64,000 nucleotides of DNA from Candidatus Omnitrophota bacterium (GTDB lineage Bacteria > Omnitrophota > Gorgyraeia > Zapsychrales > JBDRMG01), in NCBI GenBank assembly GCA_043812495.1, contig JBDRMG010000065.1:2339-66338 (forward strand), written 5' to 3'. Shown here piece by piece: positions 54,001-63,000 of this stretch. Position 1 is the stretch's first letter, and each line of letters opens with the position of its first letter. Made by a program: the position numbers and the translations under genes. The notes beneath the pieces were generated by a model, which had not been told where the DNA came from, did no database searches, and saw nothing but the letters and a program-made list of their open reading frames with translations.

Positions 54001-57000
54001 TTTGCCCTGCATCTTGTCGAAACTTACCAAAGCTTGCTCGATCGAAACGAATTGCCACCGGCGCTAAAAGATATTCTGCGCGCACGCGGCCTTGTCGAAA
54101 ACGACACGATTCTTGTTGAAAAAATGGTTGCCTATGCGACAAGAAATATATTCTTCCACATCTCGGGCGTGCGTAATTATACCGTCTTGATTGTTCATGG
54201 CTTAGTGAAGGCAGGCCTCTTAGACCGGGCCGACGTGATCATGAGCATGGATGACGACGCCCCGGCCGAAACATATGTCTTGAAAAGAAAAGTCGATGTA
54301 GAAGGGTTCGAGCACATCAAGGAATACAGCCGCGATGCCATGAGACAGGAACGCCTTAGCCAAAGAGCCGAAGCCGTCCGGGCCATGATCGATGAAGTGA
54401 ACGTCCTTTGTCAAACCAACATCAAGGATGAGCAAGAACTTTATCGGGCGTTGGCCGATGATACCCTCTACAAACAAGCGAAACCGATTCTTGAAAAATA
54501 CTTTACCTATTCTGCGGATGGGTCCACGGGGATGATTCCTCTGGCTATGGGCCAGATATCAAAACTATCTGACCGCTATATCGAGCCCAAAGATCTCAAG
54601 ATAACGCATCAACGCTACCAATCCATACAGCTTCCTCTTCCCGAATATCTCTTAACCATGAGCGACTTCGTTTATCCCCGGCCAAGAACGGAAAAGAAGG
54701 ACGATATCTTTATGGTCATGCCGGTCAATATTTTTGCCGCGACAAAGCTGATCGGGCAAGTCGTCGAAGACACGAATTTACCGATTATGTACGGAGACCT
54801 AAGAGGAACCATGGCCAATCCGGATAAATCACAACACCACTCCCTCGGCTCGGTTGACATAACAAACAAAAGGATTACCTATCTCGCCTATCCCTTCATC
54901 GAAGATCAGGACACATCGGGGATTGCGCAGTTCTTGCGATACCTGGAGCAAGACGTCAAGAGCAGCGTCAATCTTCAGCATGCCGATCAGTCAGCGTTGA
55001 TCTTAGAAGGCGTCGGCGGTTTTGCTTCCGATACCTACATCATCTTTAACCGAGCCGTCTTGGATAACACAATTCCGTCCCCGTCCATCGGACGCGACCT
55101 GAGATTCGAAGAACCTCCGTTTATTAAGTGGGTGAGAAGCCCGGCCGCTTACGGATCCCTGGTCATGGCTTTCTCGACGGTGGCCGGCGGTCAGCAGAGA
55201 GAAATCGGCGAACGCATGTACATTATCGCTAAACAGGATTTTGACGAGCAGGTGGGCGGATTCGCAAGAGCCTTTTACGAAGAGGCCGTGCGTGATTTCT
55301 ATTCGACGGTAATGGATGCGGATTATGTGGCGCTTGAGCCCAGAAAATCAACAGAAGAACTTTATCAAATATTAGCAGAGAAATATATCGAACACGGTCG
55401 AAAGTTCACCTTGGTTGGAGAAAGGAGAGAAGAGGCCCTTGAAATTAGGAAAATAAGGGCTTATTTGGCAGCTCAGCTCGGGACCCAGCTGAAACAAAAA
55501 GAAGCCCAGTTAGCGGATTTAAAAGCAAAAGGCCAATCGGAAGATCTGGATCGAACGATAATTGACTCGCTTCAGGATCAGATCAACGCCATGAGCTTAA
55601 TCTTGGTTCAATTCGCTCACTTTTTCCATCTTTATCATGCCAAGAGTATTCGCGGCCGAGCGGATGATGACACTTCTTGTGTCAATGAAACCCAAGATTA
55701 TTTCTATCATATTAAACGCGAGGGCGATTATCTAACCTGGCAGGCCGTTGTTCCTCAAATCAAAGTGGGCAATCGACGCGGTATTATCGTATCTCTAGAC
55801 AGTCGTTGGGTGCCGCTTGAAGGAAAGCAAGGTCGCATGGTTCTTGACAGCTGGCAGGCTAAACATCAAACGTTTGAGGCAGAGCCGGGTCGATCCATTA
55901 TCCTAGGCAGCCAATTCGAAAAAGGTCAAGAAGCCATCGTGCCGGCTATTGTGAGCACCTTCACGAATGAATATCTCGAAGCGATCGCGAAAAAAGCTTC
56001 TGATCAAATTGTTTCTGACGGTGAGTTGATTATGTTGTGGGCAGATATCGCCAAAAGACTTAACAATTGGCAAGACACCAATGAGCAGAGAATTGAAGAG
56101 GCCGATCTTATCACTGAAGATGTGACCCGATCGGTCGGGATTGAACTGAACACGCAGATCAAAGCTATCCAGGAACTTGTGGCCGGTTCTCAACCGAGTG
56201 AGCTTGTTGAGACAACCATAGCTGAAATCGAAAAGATTCTTGCCCGGGATTGGCTTACGCCCCAGACTATTCACAAGGTCAGAGCTGTTGCTGCGTTTGT
56301 GGGAGAAGGGGCCAGAATCATGGATGACCTTATCAAAAGCGAAGAAAGAATCAAGGCCCACTATCGCCTACTCATAGAAAAGGCGAAAGAGGACCACGCC
56401 AAACCCCGTCCTGGCTATACAGAAGAAGATGTCGTTAAAGAAGCCACCGAAATCATCACCTCTGGCAGAATCAATAACCAAGCCGCTTGGGCTATCTTGA
56501 CGGAAGATGTTGATTGGATCAAGGCGGTCTTAGATTATTATGAGATCACGCATCAAACGGAAAAGGCCGAAAGACTGCGCGCCAGGCTCTCCGGCCGCAT
56601 GGTGCGCGAAGGCCCCATGACCACGGCCTTTGGCGCCAATCTCAATGGCTACATCCTCATCGCCACCAATGATAATCCAAATCCCGCCGCAGTCCTCGCC
56701 CATGAAAACCACGGCAAAAGCCACTCAGAAAACACCCAGGCAGAGTTTAGATATATTCTTCATGATGAAATCAAAGAATTAATCGATGAGAAAATTCAGC
56801 GTGACTCTTTGCCAAGCGAAACCGGCTCCAACGATACCGCAAACGGCATTCTTGGAATGCCGTTGGCTTGTTTTGGCATCACCCTGGCCGTTGCTATTTT
56901 GCTATTGTTTTTAGCCTATAAAGCCTACCGCAATGACATCGCACCCCATCAAATTTTCAGAACAATTCTTAGTGGTGTCCAAACCAAAGGGCCGCTGCAA

Positions 57001-60000
57001 ACAAAAAATATTCCGTTCCAACCGTGCGTCGACTTTTCTATCAAGAAAATTTCACGGAAGTCGACATCCCGACTTCAAAAGATCAAAATCTCGCTGGAAA
57101 GAATTCTACCTAAAACTACTTCTCGCTATCCGTGGCTGGCGGAGAAGAATCAGTACTTCCCAGCGAGATTTTATCTAGAAAGGTCGGGGCTGGTGATCGG
57201 ATATTTTGCAGCGGCCCTGCTTATTGTCCTCATTCCTTTATTTTGCATTAAAGCGCTGGGAATAATCTTAACGGCCATGCCGTTGCTGTTGGTCGGCGGG
57301 GTTGAAGGCGAAGATTATCAGCCAATAGGCCAGGTAACCGCCCGCGCCAAAGCGCTTTCATTGATCTTCGGCGAACCTATTGAATTACTGCCGAATTTAC
57401 CGGAATACAAAGATCTTCCTGTTATCCCGCACACGGTATTCCCTGCAAACCAGGACATCACAACGGATATCAAGAAAGTCATTTTAGATCATCCTGACCT
57501 GTTTGCCGTGATCGCGGGTGTACGCAAAGCCGCCTTCATTGAAGGCTTAACTCTTACGCCTGAGCAGGAAAAAGACTTACGTCATATCTTAAGGATGCTG
57601 AACATCATGGTGCTGGCTTCCACTGATTTCATTATTCTTCCTCAAGGCCTCTACATCTATGAAGGCTACCAATTAACAGCCGAACTCTATAGGAATAATC
57701 CTTCTGACTTACGTCTTGGCTTTACCCAGGCCGGACTAAAACTACTTATCCTGCGAGATTTTGCCAGAGGTCCCGGCCATATCTTCTATGACTTAGCTGT
57801 CCAAGCATTAAATGAGCAAGATTTATCGAACATTTCATTTGTCAGAAATGTGATGGAAGTTAAGCAGGAAGCTTCTTCTAGAGAAGGCACGCTTAAAGAG
57901 TGTTATGTTCCCACCTTTGACCGGCCGGACACCTTGCACAGAGTATTAATATCCTTGAAGACACACAATAAGCTTTATGGCCATAATGTCGCTGCTGTTA
58001 TTCATGATGACTCTCGGGATAAGTCCAATGCCGAGGGCCGCAATTTTTATCAGGAGAACCAGGCCATCATCCGTGAAATGCGTACCGCCGGGTTAGATAT
58101 TATCTACATCGGCGTTGAGGATAAAACGACTAAAATAAAGAACATGGTAGACTATCTCTTCGATAAATTTAATCTGTTATTGACCCAAGGACAATTAGAT
58201 TCCTGTATCCAAGCCCAAGTCATCCGAGATGGCTCGATCGACCGGGCCCTGATAGAAAACGCAGTTGCGGCTGCCTTTGCCACCAATATCGCGGGGGTGC
58301 GCACATTCAATAATGCCCGAAGCCAGGGCGATACATTCGCCTCGATAGACGATGACGCCTTATTCCAGATCAGAGCCCATACAAGAGCAACCTGGGAGAG
58401 AATCACAGCCGGACGGGAAGAAAAAGTTTACGCGCTCGAAATATTACTTTATGGTGAATTGGCTGACCTTTGTGAAATAACCATAGAAAATCAAGAAGAT
58501 TTTCTTGGAGCATTACGTTTAATTCCCGGCCTTCCTTCGGAGAAACAGCTTGCGGCCAACGAAATCTTTGAGCGTTATTATGCCTATCCTGACGGCCTTA
58601 TTCTTGCTGCCGCCGGCCAGATTGCCGATAATCAAGATGGTAAATATGAAAACCGCCTCAGGTTTAATGATGAACTTCAGCAGGGTTTAGATCAAAAGTT
58701 AGTCGTAGTCGAAGATACCGGGGACACGTTACCGGACATTGAAGATACGGACTTTATCCTTGTGCCGGTCGACTTCTTCGGTGTTGCCAACCATCTTATG
58801 GAAACAGGCGTAACGGCTGAATCAGGCTCGCTGATGTCCAGGGATCTGCGCGGCATTGCCGGGATCCCGGCTGATCCGGCTAACATTCCTTATGGTAAAC
58901 CTATACGCGGTGTCTCGGGCCACTTTATCGGAGCTCGTGACGGCAGCGGCAGGACACACTTTATCGAAGCCATCCAGCGCTGGAAGAGAGTCAGCAGAGT
59001 CGATTCTCATGACTTTAGGAGAATGGTGCGTTTAGCCTATGCTGGGAAGATAGGGTTATTAACCAGATTCTCTATGGACCTAGGCAATGAATTCTGCTGC
59101 AATGTTCACGCCATAGACCAGCGTGGCATGGATGAAAACGGTATGTCTTTCGCTATTCCCACCGCTTCAGGCTGGCAGAGAAGAGAAGAGCCATACCTGG
59201 TACAGTTGATGAGATTCTTATTTGACGCCTGTAGCGTCTGGGCCACAGGCGGAGCCCATGAACGCGTTCCCGGCTTGCGCCGTCCAGCCATTGGTAAGCA
59301 GGCTCTCTGGGAATTTGTTACGTTAATCTCCTATGTAGACCTGCATCCGATCCTAGAAGCATTACATGAAAGTATTCCTCAGGGCAACTCAGCTGAAAGA
59401 ATCCAGGCCTTAGGCCAGGCCTATCTTGAACTGGCAAGAACCTATCAGATCCCCGCTGATCAGATTGACCGCTTAAGAAAAGAGCAGAGACTGATCTTAA
59501 AATGGGCCAATGAACTCTTTGCGCTTCTTCAGAACCCGAATATTAATATGACCGGCGATAACGAGAGAGAACTTCTTGAAATGGCTCAGGAGTTCTGTGA
59601 ACAATTTGGGCTGTCTCGCTATCGCATGACTGATGAAGGTGTCATTGTCAAAGAAATTCCTGTTTTAGAATCCGACCCTGTCTGGCAGAACGGCCGCTAT
59701 AAAGAAAAGATTACATGGAATGCCTCTGAAGAATTAGATCCTTCTATCGTGACAATGATGACGAATGATCACATAGAATATTATGCCGCTATGGAAGACG
59801 GAATAGTATTTGAAGGCTTGTTGAAGCGTACCCGCAGCATCATTATCGAGCAGATGATCTACGACGGCCTGCAGTACCTCTTATGGCCGGATATCTTAGA
59901 GGCCATGAAGAATACCGAAGGCATTGCGATGCCGGGAGAGGTGGTTGCTTCTTTAGATAACAGACTTTCGATGGAAAGACAAGAGACGTTAGAGTATTTA

Positions 60001-63000
60001 AGAGATTTTATGAATAATTGCGAGGTGGCAAGAAGCGCATCAGATTGGCATGATCATCATTTGCACGGCACATGGGATAAGATGATACGCGAAGATGATT
60101 ATCAAGCGATATGTGCTTCTTTTGAAGGAATAGAGAAAGGCAAAGATGTTTTAGTTGTTTTACTTAGCGAGCTCGTGGTCACAAATGTTATTTCTCCTAT
60201 TCGCATTCTTACTGATGAGCACGAAATATTTGCGGTGTTAAGAAAGATCGTTACAGGTTCTCAGCTAAGTGATTCAGAAAGATTAATTAAAGAAGAATTT
60301 CTTAGAATCCTTCTTTTGGAAATCAGGAATCTGCTTGGAATATTATCCCCGCCTCGTGCGGCTGAAGATGGTGAAAACAAGAAACTGATAGAGAAACTAA
60401 ACGCAATAATTAATCAAAAAGGTTCTGAAGGCAACTCTCCTTCAAAATCTCTCGACAAAATCGAACTTGTTAAGCGCAACATTGACTTCACGACTCGGCT
60501 TATTGAAGACGGACAGGTTCCGGATGTGATCGGCACGGTCGGCAACGCGGCCTCTCAAGGATTCTGGCAGACGATTATGGATATATTTGCAAGAACCATC
60601 GGAGCCAAGCGCGGCATCGCCTTAAAAGAAGATCTTCCGACCAATCAAGCATTCGGTATTTTGTACATGTGGCATAATTTGCGGGATATCATTAAGAAGG
60701 AAGGCAATCCCTTAAGCGCGTTGTTTGCTTTTGTGTTTGGCTCAGGTTCACGCTCCACGCCTTTTACCGAAACCGACTGCGCCCAAAAACCGGCCATTCA
60801 AGGTCCCGTTAAATTAGGAGAGCGCCATGTCTCAGCCGTCGAGCTTGCCATGATGTATTTCATCGGTGTGCAGAAGCATCTTTGGCGCTCCGGATTCAGA
60901 GGAATCGTTATCAAATGGGGTGATGAGATCCAAATACCCACCCTGGATTTATCTCAGGATAATCCGTTATTCCAAAATGCTGATATCGTGCGTTTTGTTT
61001 CTTTGCGAAAAATGAATGATGATGAATCCAAGAATAAAGATTGGGTCGGAGTCGACAGCGAAGGCAAAGTGACGGCCTTTATCCCCAGAAGGTCATTAAA
61101 AGAGATGGAGCTTTTAGCGGATCAAGGTTTATTGCAGCGCCGTGAAGACGGCCTCTACGGCGGCATCAACTTGGGAAGCGTCGCCATATCTTATGATTTA
61201 TTAGAAGTCTTATTAGATGAATTCAAGAATGATGTTTTAGACCCCAATGTAAAAAGAGGCGACCGCCCTGATTTAGATCCGCAGTTCTTTACAGCCGTCT
61301 GTATTGCAGCCATCGCTGATGCCGAAGCCCGGGAAACAGCATGGCAGGAAGCCATCACGACTGTCAAGGCCATGAAAGAATTCAATGACAAGATGCCGGG
61401 GGTCTTAGCCAGAATCCGCCATGCCTTAGATAACCTTGAGCAAGCCCATAGCCGTCCGATTAAGATGGTGGCCATGGATTTCTTGGATCAATACTGGGCG
61501 GATATCGGTCAGCACGCGAAGATGTTTGACTTCTTTACCTTAATTAATCAAGACGGCGCTGAAGCTGAAATCAGCCGCTCGCTGGCCGGCATCGAGGCAC
61601 AACGCGATGATAGCGGCAATATCCTCATCGGCAACTGCCAGATCAGCCCTGATGTGCAAGTGACCAATTCCATTCTCATTGACGTCCGATTGACCGGTCA
61701 AGGGCATGTCAAAAATAGCGTGTTGATCGGCACCGAAACCATGAATATAGAAGCTGTTAATGCCTTTGATTTCCAGAGCATAGTTCCGGCGATAACATTA
61801 GAAAGCAGAGCCGGCACATATAAAGTTGTTTCGGATGAGCCTGTTTATGCCCGCGAAAAAATGCGTCTCACCACTTTGTTTATGCCCTCCTATGGCATCA
61901 AGCTTATGCAGGTGCACGAAGACGATGACTTGCGCAAAGATGAGATTTACGGCAAAACGAAAGAAGGCACAGATCTAGAGCCCATTCATGGTAATGCCGT
62001 TACCTTTGTTCAAGCCCATGAGGATATGGGGCAATTAAGTTATGAAGAATTGCAGGAACGCAGAGCAAGAAGAATAGAAGAGGTGAAGGCTGTTATAACG
62101 AGTTCGAGCCGTTCTTCAGGCTCCTTTGTTGGGTCCTCTGCGTCGGAGGGTGTTGCGATAGATATCATTTCAGACCATGGCGAAATTGTCAGGATTTTAA
62201 CGGAGGCAAGTCAAGAAAGCGGATTCCCACTGGAAGGCGTCACGATTTTCAATTTTGATGAACATGATGACCGCGGCGTTGTCCCCGAAGTATTTGATCA
62301 CTGGACGAGATTTGATGGATGCTGGGCTAGCGTCGCCGAAGCAAGAAAGCTGGCTAAAGTTGTTGTGCATTGTTCTCCCAGAGTTGTTTTTAATCCAGAT
62401 TTATTCAAACAAATATTAGGACAAAAAATTCAAACACCCGTTTGGATAACCGTATGCTACGACTTCTTCTCTTATCAAATGCATGATGAACACGGCTTCC
62501 CAATGGGACAGGTCTTACGACATTTAGAAAAGAAAAGTATTAAGGCTGAAATTGAGAAGATAATTAAACTCTGCGAACATCTCAATGTCACCAGAGTTGT
62601 ACTTGCCTATTCCCCCGGTTATTTGTCAGAACGGGCAGACGCCGATTATATTAAATTCATTGATGAACAGTTTAAATTAGCCTTTGGTAAATTCGATAGT
62701 CATGCAAGAAGCGCCCTTTCTAAAAAAGACAACCCGACGGCTCTTCCTTGCAATATCCCGCTGATTGTGAGCGCCAACATCCGCACCGGCCAAGACGGTT
62801 ACACATGGGGAAGATTGGCCAAGGAATCCGAAATTCTTCGGATGTTAGGTATTACGCCTCAAGACATCGGTATATCCGATGATGAACCGGTCGGTGAGCT
62901 TTGGCTGGCTTCTGATGACCGGACATATCCTTCCCAGGTGCAATTACCCGATGGTACGACTACAACACTTCCCGAGCTCCTTGAAAAAGAAGGGAAGCGT

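Noticed and set aside
957-56724. Most minus-strand ORFs in the supplied track (for example 957-1256, 5160-5546, 14253-14723, 23199-23687, 27862-28560, 28813-29361, 34918-35388, 48606-49217, 51924-52373, 55903-56361)
   Set aside because: They are S/L/R-rich with antisense-shadow composition, overlap strongly protein-like frame +1 domains, and have no promoter or SD. They are most likely non-coding shadows of the giant ORF.
1545-57178. Short + strand ORFs in frames 2 and 3 from the track (for example 1545-1745, 10079-10486, 11171-11416, 24335-24743, 34145-34615)
   Set aside because: They are out-of-frame overlaps of the giant ORF with low-complexity or odd composition. Several lie in tandem-repeat DNA where every frame is open.
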